Below, piece by piece: positions 26,654-40,599 of a DNA stretch of 64,000 nt (positions are counted from its first letter, which is position 1; each line of letters begins with the position of its first letter). The stretch is from positions 27,776,001 through 27,840,000 of the forward strand of contig CM022671.1 of the NCBI GenBank assembly GCA_012295275.1, given 5' to 3'. Position numbers and translations under genes: made by a program. Below the pieces are notes generated by a model. The model searched no databases and was not told where the DNA came from. It worked only from the letters and a program-made list of their open reading frames with translations. The DNA comes from Chrysomallon squamiferum. Its lineage: Eukaryota > Animalia > Mollusca.

Positions 26654-29600
26654 ATGAACAAGGAAAAGAAAACCAAACAGTCGAAGAAGACATTCCATAT
26701 TGCTGCTAATGATCTTTTGTGCAAAAATGGCTGTGGTTTCTATGGTAATCCAGCATGGCAAGGGTTTTGCTCCAAATGTTATAGGGAAGTGTACCAGCCT
26801 GCAAGACAAGCACAAGTTCTTCATGATGCCATGCGAGAAGCTAGTAAAAGGTTTGTAATTTGAATGTTTTTTTCATATTTAATTATCTTCTTAAAACTCA
26901 TCAAAATTTAACACAGTCAGTATGGTATTATATTTAGTGATGTAATAATTTAACAACAATCATATAAGAATATTTCAGGAAGGTAATAAATTAAATCAAG
27001 CCAAACATCTTGACATTTAACATTTGAACGAAAGTATTTTTAATTTATTTAAATACTATAAATATCCTATTTATATTTTTAGCCATACAAAAATCTGTCT
27101 TCATATAATTAATTAAGAATGCAGCTGCACATATATGTTAAGGGTATTTAGTTTATTTGAATACACTCTGTTTAAAATTTTAATATTTGTTTCCTTTTAT
27201 GGCTATAACTTTCTGAACTGAAAAGAAAAGAAATAAATATACATTTTATTTTTGTTTGAAAAGACTTGCAGATACACCTCCAGGTTCATTCTCCAAGTTT
27301 GCAGAAAAGAAAACCCAACAGGTGAACAAGAGAAGTCACACAATGAAATCTATCTTCAGAAAAACACCAACCAAAGGTAGGAGGCTATATATGTATCCCA
27401 GTGTTTCTTACTGATAAAATATCCTTGAAATTCTTACTGTCTTAATAGACACTGTAGTTGTTATAAACACTTTCATTAAAATGCAGTTTTAAAAAATGAA
27501 AATAATAATATGACCATCAGTTTTAAGTTTATGTTCAAACATTTGGTAATAATAAACTGATAATGTTGAAGAAATGTTTCTAAATTGATTATTATTATTA
27601 TTATTATTATTATTATCAATATTTTGATACAGATTCATTTAAAAAAAATGAAAAGGATAAGATGTATAAGTAAAAATAAAATAATGTAACTAATCCCCAT
27701 CATTTTTTTTTTATCATTTCGTTAACAAAAGTATTATTAGTACTGTATACATGTATGTACAGGAACATTTTGTTACAATCGCTGTAGATTCTACTTTAGA
27801 ACAACAAGCTCCACCTCAGAAAGAAACTCGCAGGTCAAGCATAGAGAGTCAGAAAGTTGGTGGCGAGTTTGCAGAATTCCTAAAGACTCTGAAGAAACCA
27901 GCAGCATTAGAAATCTCCAAGCAAGTTCGTGGTTTCATTGAGCGAATCCAGCAAGCAAACGATGCACCCATAGAAGAATTATCTGACATGGTGCAAGACT
28001 TTTACCAAACTTTGACAGATCGATTGCACACACATGCTTTGTACAAAGGTTCGTTGTTTGATTTCATTCAGAGTTTATTGTCTGAATATGTTCTCTTTTA
28101 GATTTACTTATTATGAATACATTGATTTTTAATTTATTTATATTTCTGCCAGAAGTAGATACATTTACTCTTAATGAAATTGGAATCTTTGATATCATTT
28201 TTGTTTAAAATGGAAAACAGTATTATTTTTGGATAAAGATTTTTATTTTTTGCATCTTTTTTTTTATAAATTTATATAAATATTATATAAAAGTTTAACT
28301 GAAAATGAATAATTTGTTTACAAACTGATGATATTTTCCACACATTATTTAACATGCGTCTTATTTTTAAATTATTATACATACTTTAAAATATTTTAAC
28401 ACATGAATAAGAAATGATGCTATTATTTTAACCCCCAAAAATAATAATAATAGTATTTACAAAATGTATTTTTTGTACCTTTATGTTATTTTACAACAAA
28501 AATCATATGATGAACTTTTGCCAACATAGTATCAAATTATATTTGCCAGGAATGAGTGCAGAAGTCGTAGAAAAGATTCTGGATTTCACAGAGCGGTACA
28601 TCATGACTCGTCTTTACCGATCAGTATTCTGTTCCCCTGCAACAAATGACGAAGAAAAGGATCTGGCCATTCAGAACCGAATCCGTAGCCTGCACTGGAT
28701 AACTGCACAGATGATGGACACTGTCATTAATGAGCATGATGCAGAGATCAGAAAAATGTTAGACCAGGCTATAACAGGTACAAGCTTTTTGAAATTTTGT
28801 TACTTCATTATTGAAATTAATAAATATGGGCATGGGTAGCAAACCTACTGTACATGGAACATTTGCACATGGTTTCAAAAAAACCCATTAAGAAATCCAT
28901 AATAAGTAATGTATAATGTTAATGTAACTGCTTACAGTTCCAAAGGAAATACATACATATTGGTTTAATTTACTACTGTGGATATGTTTTGAATTCATAG
29001 AAATCTTGATTAAAATTAGTTGACTTGGTACCTTATGTCTAAAGGAAACATTTGCCTTAGGGCCCCTACTTTCCCTTAAAAAAAATAATTATACTTTATG
29101 TCAATATCATGAGAATAAAAGAATCTCAAATGTAAAGGGAATATTTCAAATGCTTTTTTTATATGCAGATGCAATAGAGGTTGATTCAAAACGAGCCACC
29201 CAGGACAAATTAGAATGTATTGTACGATGCAGCAAGCACATCTTCGAAGTACTGAACATGTCAAAGGAGGGCCCTGCCAGTGCTGATGAGTTCCTTCCTG
29301 CACTCATCTACATCGTACTCAAGGCAAACCCTCCCCTACTGCAGTCCAACATTCAGTACATCACACGCTTTGCCAATCCTAGTCGACTGATGAGTGGCGA
29401 AGCAGGTTATTATTTCACTAACTTGGTAAGTTTTTAAAACCTTGTTTTCTAAATTATGTTTATTAGCTTTTTGATTTATTTTTGTTTCTTTTATTGTTTA
29501 TTTTAATTTTTTTATTTTATGAAATTTTTAAAAAATGTTTGGTTTTGGTTGTTTTTTTGTTGTTGTTGTTTCTGTTAACAGAATAATTAGGAAAATTAAC

Positions 29601-30875
29601 CTAGAGATGTGTATCTTATGACATAAATATTTCCAAGTTGTATACAGTTATGACATTAACAAACCTGGTTGTCAATAATTGATAACATTAACATGTGTAT
29701 AGTGTTCAGTCATATTTTACTGATTGTTTTAATATCTGACATTTATGTAAAAATGCTTAATCCATTAGATGCAACAAGTATGTTGTGACATTAAACCAGA
29801 TGTGGCAGAATGGATCAGTATGTGTTATATTTTATCGTCAAATTCAGACATTGTTTGACTAATGAAGTAATTATTTTCATTAAATTATGTTAATCTATAT
29901 TTTATACAGCTGTTACATAACAAAGCATATATCTGAGCAATTACAATGTTAACTGTGGCCTCATTTTGCAGCAGTCTTTAAAACAGAAACATGAAATGTT
30001 GCTTATTAGAATAACATACATAACCTGACAGTGAGAATGCCAATATTTTTTTAATTTTTTTTAATTTTTTATTATTGATTATGACCTTTTATAAGGTTGA
30101 AAAAATACTGATACGAATTATTAAACTACACCTACAGAACTATATCTACCTTACCTCATTAACTCTGTTAGGTAAAAAGGTTGTTTTATAAGGTTATATA
30201 CAGTTATGCATTAAATTGAAGATTTGAAGCAAAATATCTGAACCAGTTATAGAGAATGGTATGAAAGTCCTGCAATGTAGTTAATATATGAATTCTTGTT
30301 TATCCATAGAATTTCAGACTGAATTCCATTCAAGTCCATTAATTTTGAATGTCTCCATGATTTGAATTGATTTCTTTGAACAGTGGTAAAAATTGTGATT
30401 TTAAAATTTTCAGTGCTGTGCTGTTGCTTTCATAGAGAATCTAAATGCAGACTCGCTTAGTCTGACACAGCAAGACTTTGATCGTTACATGTCTGGCGAA
30501 GCAGTGCCTCCATCTAGTGCAACAGAATACTCTTGTGAGGGACTCAGAATAAGTAAAGAAAACCTTCGTAATCTTGCCGAGCTTCGCCAGAGGCAAGAAA
30601 AAGTGCTTGCCGAAGCACTGCAGCTGCAGCAGGAAATGAAAGACTTCAAGGAAAGTTTTATTGAACAAATCAAAGCAGTGATTGATCGGACTCCTCTGAC
30701 CATCAAACCGAGGAAGGTTAAAGTGGATCTGGATGCAGCAGAAGAAATGGGCGAACTGGAGAATCTTCCGTCACCTCTGAAACCTCAGCTTCCAGGCCAA
30801 GACTCGGTTCAGACTGGTGTTGTAGAGGCTGAAGAAACCGAAATGGTAGAGTCTGAAGAGCCAGTGGCCACCTGA
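26654..30875 (+). CDS. RABGEF1: Rab5 GDP/GTP exchange factor (Rabex-5), 505 aa; coding exons 26654-26850, 27264-27376, 27788-28048, 28550-28777, 29169-29425, 30414-30875
   Basis: A20-type zinc finger [25 protein letters not shown], an SFSKFAEKK motif, and a helical bundle. VPS9 domain [18 protein letters not shown]...[61 protein letters not shown]-terminal coiled coil and LPSPLKPQ. An acceptor at 26617 implies an upstream non-coding exon. Confidence 0.96.
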
Positions 30876-32606
30876 GACACACATAGCAAGCTATAGCTGT
30901 GTCAGATGCTCTTGATACACACTTTAAAACCTCTTCCAGCATGTGCAATAAATACTACATAATAAATTAGACTTAATCCTGAACACAACCTGCAAAAATG
31001 CTTTACAATCTCTTTTTAATTTTTTAATTTTAATTTTTTTCCATTTGTTGGTTTTATGAAACTGTTGGTACATTATTAGAAACATATTTCCCATTATAAA
31101 CAGGAATAGTTTATGCAGTTTATATTTGCCATAAACCTTAAAAACAGAAAATAACAAAAACAAAATATTTTAAGATATAAGCAAGTGTTGTTTGCGTTTG
31201 TTTTTTACGTATATATGTTGGATTTATAATCTGCTTTTTGTTTTGTTAAATTGTAAGAATCTGTTTCTAAAATTGCTGTTGCATAAAATACGTTATATGG
31301 CAATAGATTCCAAATTATTTATATGGGACCACATGCATATTTAAACAAAAACTGAAAAAAAAAAAAAAAAAAAAAAAAAAAAGAAGAAGAAGAAAAAAGG
31401 TTACAAATTATAAACTTATAGTGGGCTTTGTTTTGTGTTAATGTTTAAGAACTCGGATTACCATATAAAAAAAATAATATGTGAAATTGTTTTCCATTGT
31501 TGTTAATCATAAAATGTTAGTGATATTTGAATATTTGTCATTTCAGATGTGTTTTTAGCACATGATCTAATCATTTTTTTTTTTTTTTTATAACAACCTT
31601 TTTGTTATTGATTATCATTACTTTTTTTAAATTATTATTTTCGTTAATTACATCATAAGTATTATAGTAATCTTAAGAATCAAGGCAAAGAGAAAAACAA
31701 CGATAAATTCTTATTGTTTCATTTACTTCGTGTTTTCATAATTATGATCTGTCTTTACTGTTTGCAGTTTAAATACAACTTTTATTAGTAATTGATAATT
31801 CTACGATCATGCTACATAATTGTTTGATGTAGGTTTATTAGATATTTTCGTTTATTATTTTTAATGTTTTTAATTTTTTTTTTATTAGTATTATTATTAT
31901 TATTATTGTGTTCATGATTCTTTAGAAAGTTTCATTTCATCTACTTTCTTCTTGAAAGTAAATAATAAAATAAAAATAAATATTTATATCACTGAAAAAT
32001 ACACATGAGTGTTGAATTATTTGAGAAATTTCTTTTGTTTTTCACATTGTTGAAAGTTACTTATATTTCTCTGGCTTAGCATTTAATGTTTGCTTCATGA
32101 TGTAACTAGTACTCATGCATAACCACAATCACTGGATACAGAATAATGACTTCATTATAAAATGTACAAATATTTTTTTATTTTCATTGTATTTGGAAAC
32201 TGTAATCTATCTTAAATACATGGCTTTTTATGACATTATTTCTACCGGAGGAAGTTTTTCTTTTGAAATGTAATATGTATACAATTTTTTAAAGAATTTA
32301 TTAATGCCTTCATGACACAACATGTTTTCATTTTGAACTTGTCTCTGTTTTAATTATTATTTGATTTCTAATTTTTATTTTTATTATTATTATTTTTTTT
32401 TTTTTTTAATGAAAGTGATGAGGTTTTTTTATTGTTCGTTTGTTATTTCATAAAAAAAATATTCATTTTCCAGAGGGGTTTTCCCCTAATTTTTTATTTC
32501 ATTTTTTTTATTTTTATACATTTTATATTCATAGATTTCACATGTGTTTGTTTTATTATTATTTTTTTTTTTACTTTTATTTATTTTATTTTTTTATTTA
32601 TTTATT

Positions 32607-32613
<7 letters not shown>

Positions 32614-32660
<47 letters not shown>
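32614..32660. repeat. (TAT)n microsatellite
   Basis: Trinucleotide run in the RABGEF1 3' region. Confidence 0.9.
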
Positions 32661-33002
32661 GCTGTTTGTTTTTGTCTGTGTTTTTTTTTTTTTTAATATT
32701 TTGAACAAACCATATGATGTGTACTTTTGTTATAGAAAATAAATGTTTAAAGGGATATTCTGGTTTTTGTTTTTAAATTATTATTATGTCATTTACAAAC
32801 ATCAGATTAGTGAACATAGATTTAGCATTATTGGATGTGGTTGCCTTTAATATGGATTAGTTTTACTAAAGTTTTTAAAAATGTTTGTTGGTTAACAAGG
32901 GTTCACATAATAATATTTTGGGTTGGGTTTTTGAGGGGGTTTTCTGCTTTTTGGGTTTTTTTTTTTTTTCTGGAATAGATAATTGAACATGAAAGTAAAT
33001 TA

Positions 33003-33080
33003 TTTTTAAAATAGGTAAATGTGTTTGTTTTTTTCATTTTTTTTAAAATAGGTAAATGTGGGTTTTTTTTTCATTTTTTT
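33003..33080. repeat. Two-copy ~37-bp tandem duplication (TTTTTAAAATAGGTAAATGTG...TTTTTCATTTTT)
   Basis: Unit seen twice, starting near 33003 and 33040. Confidence 0.75.
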
Positions 33081-34794
33081 CATTTGTTGTTTTTTTTTGA
33101 TATTTTTTTAATTTCATTTATTTTATACTAGTTTGATGACAGCATAATATTTAAAGTGATATGATATTTGCCAAATCATGAAATTTTAATTTATACTGAC
33201 AAAATGGCTCTTTAATATTTTTATTGTAATTTTTTAAAAATGTTACCATTATCTGTATTTTTCTTTTTAATGTAATAAGAAGGGATTTACTGTCATATAT
33301 ATTTTAATTCTCAGTTTAAGCCCTGTTAAAAGCCACATTCAAATTAGTAACACTAATAGTGTCTGCTATCATTTTTTTTTTTTTTACACTAGACAGTATG
33401 CTATATAATAGGCATTTTATCATTTTCTTTTTTTAAATGAATGTCTGTTATATATGTGAAATACAATCACAACTGTATTATTATTTATTTTAAAAAAGGT
33501 GTATACATATATTATAATTATTAAATTATATTATACATGTAAATATTAGCAAAGTATTTAAATATGAAATTCAGTATGATCAATGTTAAGCACAATGTTG
33601 TGTGTTATTCATACAACTTACCAATGTTTTTAGGATAATATTTTACAGTAGAAGGGTGTGGAGGTCATATATTTATCAATTGCTGAATCCTTGCGACGTT
33701 ATACATTTTTTCAATTTGCTATAGAAATGTATTTACAGTAAAAAAATATCTTCAATATCATTTCTTTCTTTTTTCTTTTTTTCTTTTTATTTTCTTTTAT
33801 TTAAAAAAAAAAAAAATATTTTTTCTTTTTTTATATACTGTTTTTAAGATTATGCATACAGAACATATCAGATTTATAGGCTAATTCAAGTAAGATATTT
33901 TCTTTCACAGAAAGCATTTTATTTTTCTGTAAATATTTAAAGGAATTTTCAATTGGATGGAAGAGTAACTTTAAAAGAAAGATGGCTTAAGATCTTTTGA
34001 TTAATGAGAATGTGAATGATTCCCTTGCTGTCTAGCAATTTACTGGAATGTTAGAAAAATTTGTTATGAAATAGTATGAAATGAGACCTCGATCTATTTT
34101 CTATTATTATTTTTTTTAAATAATCGATTAATCTTTTTAATTTATGTTTATTACTCTTTTTATTTTGTTTTTATGGAGAGTTATTTTTTTCCTATGTTTA
34201 TTTTATTTATTTGTTGTTGTTTGGTGTGGTTTTTTGAGATGGTAGACATGCAGGATTTTCAGTCTGATCATGTTAATAAATTTGTTTGACTCAGTGGAAT
34301 TAATTTTTTTTTTTTTAGGTGTTAATCAGATTGCAATTTGGTCATATTTGTCAGTGTATAACTGTAAAAGAAAATTAAATCGGTTCAGTCACAAAGGTTA
34401 TTTGTAAATAATATTTTAGAGGTATGGTAAAATAAAGTAAGTGCTAACAGCTGAATTATGATGTCAATGGTTTATTTACTTTGTTTAGTTTTATACTTGC
34501 CAAATAAAATATTCCATGTACAGGATATCTCTGTTGTTTATTGTTATTATTATTATTATTGTTATTTTTAATTTTGTTTGCTTAATCTGATCCAATTCTA
34601 ATTACATTCCTATATATATATTGTTGGGTTTTGGGAGGGGGTTAATGTTTTAATTATAGAAATGTTATGAATTTATGAAATTAGACTCTATGATCAAAAG
34701 GGGAAGTTCTTAATGCATATGTTAAGCTCTTAGTTACTTAGGACAGACATTATTTTCCAGTGAAAACATGACAAAGATTAAACCAAGATAATGT

Positions 34795-34800
34795 TTTATT
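34795..34800 (-). terminator. Candidate AATAAA polyA signal of the small secreted peptide gene
   Basis: TTTATT on +, about 85 nt after the TGA at 34885. Confidence 0.55.
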
Positions 34801-34884
34801 TCATTTCTTAATAGTTTATCAGGTCCTGTGATTATCAACATTTATCTAGAAAAAGCTAGTAATGTTGTATTCACTCCAAATTCA

Positions 34885-35815
34885 TCATTGAGCAATGTTG
34901 GTGTACTTTTTGGCAGCTCTGGAAAAGATAAAGATAAATTCAGAAAAAAACCCAGAAAAAACAAACCAAAAAATTGTTATTCACTAAATAATAGGTGTCC
35001 ACAAAAATGACCTTTCAGCTTTATACAAAAATTAATTTACACATTGTTCTAACATCCAGTAATTTCAGTTAAATAACATGATATGGTCATAGAACATTGT
35101 ATATTCAATACAATCCTATTTATTATAGACTTAGACATTTCATTAAATATAAAAGTTTATTCAAAGTCAGTAAATTTTCGATTTTGATACTTGATGAAAT
35201 ATGTTTTATATATACCCAGACAGAAAGTGATGCTGGGGTTTTAGATATCTGTGAGCATTTTCCAAGACCTTTAGTCAGCCTACAGTTTAAAACCTTACTG
35301 ACTTTTTGTAACTATTAATGTAATTCTAGGTCTGAAAACTTACTCCACACAAAGGTGTCCACACAGATGGCTTACAGGCAAGTTTTCTTTGCAGTCTTCA
35401 ACACACTTGTCCTGGGTAATGACAGTGTCCTGACCATGGATACGCACCTCAATCTTTTCTAACTCCTGGATCAAGCCATCAACTAACGAAAGAAAGAATG
35501 ATAATAATTATTATTGTAGAATAAACAATTTCAAACTTAAATCAATATTCTTCATTAAGCCATTCGAAATAATAAATATGAAATAACAGCATTAATATGT
35601 ACCACAATATGTACCACCAAACGTATCCATCAAGTAGTAAGATTTAATTGTCCATGTAAATTAAATGTAAATATTTTCATTTAATTCTGAAAACTTAATA
35701 TTTGCATGGCATATACAGATTAGTTATATAAGATAAACTTACAAAGGTGATCAGACAGAAACAGTCCAGAAACTGCACTAACAAGAACAACACAGAGAAG
35801 AATGACAGCTCTCAT
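34885..35815 (-). CDS. Small secreted cysteine-containing protein, 81 aa; exons 35743-35815, 35344-35482, 34885-34918
   Basis: Spliced translation MRAVILLCVVLVSAVSGLFLSDHLFDGLIQELEKIEVRIHGQDTVITQDKCVEDCKENLPVSHLCGHLCVEAAKKYTNIAQ*. It has a classic signal peptide and a CxxxC-x9-CxxxC motif. Both donors are GTAAGT, acceptors are TAG and CAG, and phases 1 and 2 are consistent. Confidence 0.85.
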
Positions 35816-36006
35816 GATTAAACAGCAGTAATATCTAAAAATTAACAAGTTGAATGAATGAATATTAACAACAATACATCAAAAAATCTGTTTATTAATG
35901 GTTATGTATCAACCATTTTTTTTTTTTTTTTTTTTTTTTTAATATTTGTTTATTTGTTTAGTTTGCTTTTGTATAAATATGATGTGAAACAGATAATCTG
36001 GTATTT

Positions 36007-36115
36007 GGCTACTCTTATCGATTAGCAATAAGATATGCTTAATGTGCACCTTCCAATGAACAGCAATGCATATATACCATGGCATTAGTTAAACCGGATT
36101 TGGAATGGGAAATAT
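36007..36115. mobile_element. Possible degenerate SINE-like interspersed repeat fragment
   Basis: GGCTACTCTTATCGATTAGCAATAAG...TGTGCACC...ATACCATGGC...GGAATGGGAAATA resembles, from memory only, an abundant gastropod interspersed repeat. Not verified by a search. Confidence 0.35.
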
Positions 36116-37281
36116 CGAGTATTATACATCCAGAAACCTGTCATTTAATCATATTTAGTATAACTCACTCAATAACAAATGATTATAAATCAGTAATTTT
36201 CATAGCTGAATAATCTGTTGCAAAAACGAACTTGAATACAATGATAAAAGTGAAAAAATATTTCGCTTAAATATGTCAGCTGTAATAAAATATACACTCA
36301 GTTAGTCTATATCATAACGGACGAAAAATATTTGGTTCTTAACTATTTTTCTTTTTTCGGATAATGAAATTTACTTCAAGATTTATTTGTATAAATTTGT
36401 AGAATAGAAACGTATAGAAGTTTTGTGCCTTGAAAACTGACACGAATCCTTATCATTGGTAACGTGTCAGTTATTCACGATCAGCTTGACCAAAAGTTTA
36501 AAATTGCACATAAATATTAATCATAATAAATAAAGAAAGAAAGAAAGAAAGAGAAAGAAAAGTAAAAAATTTAAATTTTAAAACCTGATGACAGATTTTA
36601 TATATAATTTTTTTTTTTTTTTTTGTTGTTTTTTTCGTTACTTAAAATAATGCAATGAATTAACAAAATCACACAGAACACAAATATACAAATATAATTA
36701 ATAACATACGGTATACTCTGCTCTAATCTCGAGTTTTTGAAAGTTTTGGGGTTTTTTTTATATTCAAATCAGTTTAGTTATTCCTTACATCAGACACTTT
36801 ATTCGTGCGCGCCACGACGCCTATGGATTCATTCAAGGCGCGGATAACAATGCGTACACACAGACAAATAATTTTAATCTGAACAACTATGCAGCTTGCA
36901 CCAAATCAATTTTAAAAGCTATCCTGCAAATGAGTGAAGTTTTTCTTGTACACAGGATACATTAAAAAACCAACAAAAAAAAAAACCCATTTAAAGCAAT
37001 ATCTAAAAACAAAAGGTGTTTTTGATCGTTTGTTTGTTTTATTTATTTATTTATTTATTATTGTTATTGTTATTGTTATTATTATTATTATTATTTAAAA
37101 AAATTGTTTTTGTTTTTAATTAGTTTTAACACTTTACTAAAATTGTGTTGTTTGTAGATAGATACCAGACGTCACGTTTCAAAGGTTTTTGTTTTATGTA
37201 TTATTTTGCACAAATACTTAATACTGTGATATTAAGAAAATAGAAGTAACACGAAAAGCAAAAGATAAATATTAATCTTAC

Positions 37282-37330
37282 CTGTATAACGTAGACAACT
37301 AAACTGTTGGATAAGTGCACATCATTTATA
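37282..37330 (-). promoter_or_regulatory. TATA box, Inr and 19-nt non-coding first exon of the secreted peptide gene
   Basis: On the - strand, TATAAA at 37330-37325 is followed by Inr-like TTAGTT with its A at 37300, exactly 30 nt downstream. Donor CAG|GTAAGA follows at 37282, and a matching acceptor TTTTAG at 35835 lies 19 nt before the ATG. Confidence 0.7.
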
Positions 37331-37716
37331 GATAAAAAAGAAATAGAATTAGCAATGGGAAACTAGCATATGTATCTTATCGGTAACTTTGGTTCAAGGC
37401 GTGGCGTTTCCACATGACCCTAGAATACCAAATAAACTTAAATAAACTGTAATGCACATCATATCTTGGACGATTACTTCTGAATCTGCAAGTTTTAGAA
37501 TTTTAAAAAAGACAGAAAAACAATAAAATACAGATAATTAAAATATGTAATCACAGATAGGCTATATTACATGTGGATCCTTCTTTCTGTTTTACTATTA
37601 GTATTATTTGTAGTAGTAGAGTAAATAATAGCAGTAGTAGTAGTAGTTTGTTGTTCGTGTTTATATTTATATATTTATGTATTTATTTATTAATTAATTA
37701 ATTTATTTATTCATTT

Positions 37717-37761
<45 letters not shown>

Positions 37762-38903
37762 CTCTCCCAATAATGTTGCGCCCATTTTGATCCGCCCCCA
37801 GAGAAAGACTTTGGTGACGTTAATGAGATAACAGAATTTCTGATTTACCAAAGACTGCTCACGTGACTCTACTTATCATATGACCCATTTAACAGAATTT
37901 TAACTTATTCGTCACTTACTACGAATAAGATCTGTGATTCGAAAAGTTTGCCTTTAAACGTATTTATTTAGTTATTTATTTATTGCAATTATGTAATAAG
38001 AGAGAAAGAAAGTCGCCATTTTAAGCGTGGGCCATCTTTACATATTAGCAAAAAAAAAAAAAAAAGGTGTATATGAACTTTCTCACAAAAGAGGAAAAGC
38101 TTCTCTGTGTATTAAGTTTCAGTATATTTGCACAAGAAAAGAAAACGAAACACAGAACACTGAAAGGAAAGGAAAACAAACATTTATTGAAATGAATCGC
38201 GAAACATAAAACAGTCTATAAATATCGCTCTGAAAGATTCGTATATTTTTGCATGTATTTTCAAATATACACGTAACTTTCATTAATGCACAAACATAAA
38301 CACTTAACAAATATATATTATATATATATATACATATACAAACACATATTAAATAAATAGATACAATTTTTAAAAAGTAAAATAAAAAATAAAACTTTAA
38401 AAATAAAACAGAGATTAAAGATATATTCAAAGGGAAATATCCAATATCATGTAACCGATTTTCGGATCTCTCTTTTTTTATTTTTTTATTTTTATCTTTT
38501 AATTATATATATATTTATTTGTTATAATTATTATTTTTTATTATTATTATTATTTATTATCTTTTCAATTAAAAGCTTGAAAGAAAATGCATGTAGAAGG
38601 AGAGGGAAAATATATTTAAAATAATGTTGTTTTTGGGAAGGTTTTCTACTACATCCACCTCACAGATTTAAATACCGTTCTTGCAGTTGTAGACTAATGC
38701 TATATTCATCTAATTAGACCTGTTTAACGAGGTAATTGAAACCCACTGCTAAGCAATATATATTCAAGGCTTAAGCCACGGTATACATTTAGCGATAATG
38801 ATACAAGTAAAGCGAAATGCGGTTTATTCATTTATATTGTTTTAAATATAACTAACTGTTTGTGGTTTCCATTATCGACACTGAGTGACAGTTTCTCCGT
38901 GGT

Positions 38904-39658
38904 TTAATATCCATTATATCTTACAGGTGGAAAATTGCCTAATCTTGTTGGTTCCTCGTAATGTGGAGGATTGTACAAACCCCACTTAGGAACTGGGACT
39001 CCGTGAGGGAAAGGCTTAGGATAGCTATAACTGCCTTTATACGACTTGTTGTGGGGCATGGGTCTGACGACTTCACTGTGCATGACCTCGTTGGTGTACG
39101 GATAGAAGTCGTCGTGGATGCGGCTGGTTGGATTTGATGGACGTTCGTAATGCCAGTTCACGTTCTTGTAGTCCGCTGAAAATCAAAAACAGTAAAATGA
39201 TGATTATTATTATTATACGTTTCAGGTTTGTTGTTGTTGTTGTTGTTTATGACCTTGCTGTTATTGTACGAAAATGAATTAAAACACCCTAGAAAGCAGT
39301 TTAAAGTGTTTCATTTATTTGGATGGGTGTGCGCAGACAGTGTAAGTACTCTCTGCAGCTCGCTACCTGTAATTGTTTGGTCTTTTATTCTTCAGTTAAC
39401 GTGTGTGTGTTATACCTTTTGCATAAGATTTATATTATCTACAGTAGGTGATAATTTTTTACTCGAATAAACGTCTTGTATCTTCCTGTTAACGTTTTCT
39501 TTTGGTTAGTACATTTTTACACCTTCCTGGAATAATTTCTGCGGAAGCTCATATTTATTTTTTTATTATTTATTATTATTATTTTTTTTTCATTCATGTA
39601 TGTATTATTTTATTTAAAATATATTAATAAAGATGTATTATTATTATTGTTGTTGTTG

Positions 39659-39748
<90 letters not shown>

Positions 39749-39933
39749 GTCTATCTATGTCTATCTCTAATGTCCATGTGTATGTATTGAAACATACCAC
39801 TAGTATGTTTCTTACCTCGTCTTATTGTATCCCTTCGACGGTTGTACCAGTCAGGATGTGTTGATGTATCACGACGTGCGTACCAGTCAGGGTGCTCAGC
39901 GCTCCATTTCCTCCACCCAGCCTGAAATCAAGT

Positions 39934-39968
<35 letters not shown>

Positions 39969-40560
39969 TAATGACGATGATAATGACAAGACTAACAAAC
40001 ATCGGTAGTAACTTTTTTTACATTTTTTAAAATTTACTTCATAACTTTGTAATTTTAAAATTTTAAAATTAACACATACATGAATTTAAATTTAAGTGGA
40101 AATTATAAATCTAGGTGAGATAATGTTAATAATGTTACATTCCCAAAATTCCAGAAACATCCGCGAGTGCAAATACACACAAGCACGCTTACGTAATAAT
40201 GCATACATAAAACACAGAATTAAAATAATATATTTTAATTTTAAACGCTACAAAAACATACCTGTGCAACATCTGGAGCACTGCAGTGGTAAGGATTCCA
40301 TTCATGAAGTTTTGGTTGCCTGAATAAATAATAATTATAATAATGATGAAGATGATGATAATGATTATGATGATGAAGATGATCATCATCATTATCATCA
40401 TTATATATACATATATACGTTTTTAAAATTAAGAAAAGACATAGCTTTTTTTTTTTTTTTTTTACTAATAAACTATATAGTGGTTTTATTTAAATAAAAT
40501 TAATGGTTTTCTTAAATATTGAAATATATAAATTAATGAAATAATAATAAAATAACTTTT

Positions 40561-40599
<39 letters not shown>

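Noticed and set aside
39822-39896. Neuropeptide precursor (repeated peptides flanked by RR)
   Set aside because: The spliced protein has no signal peptide or amidation Gly, and there are only two repeats.
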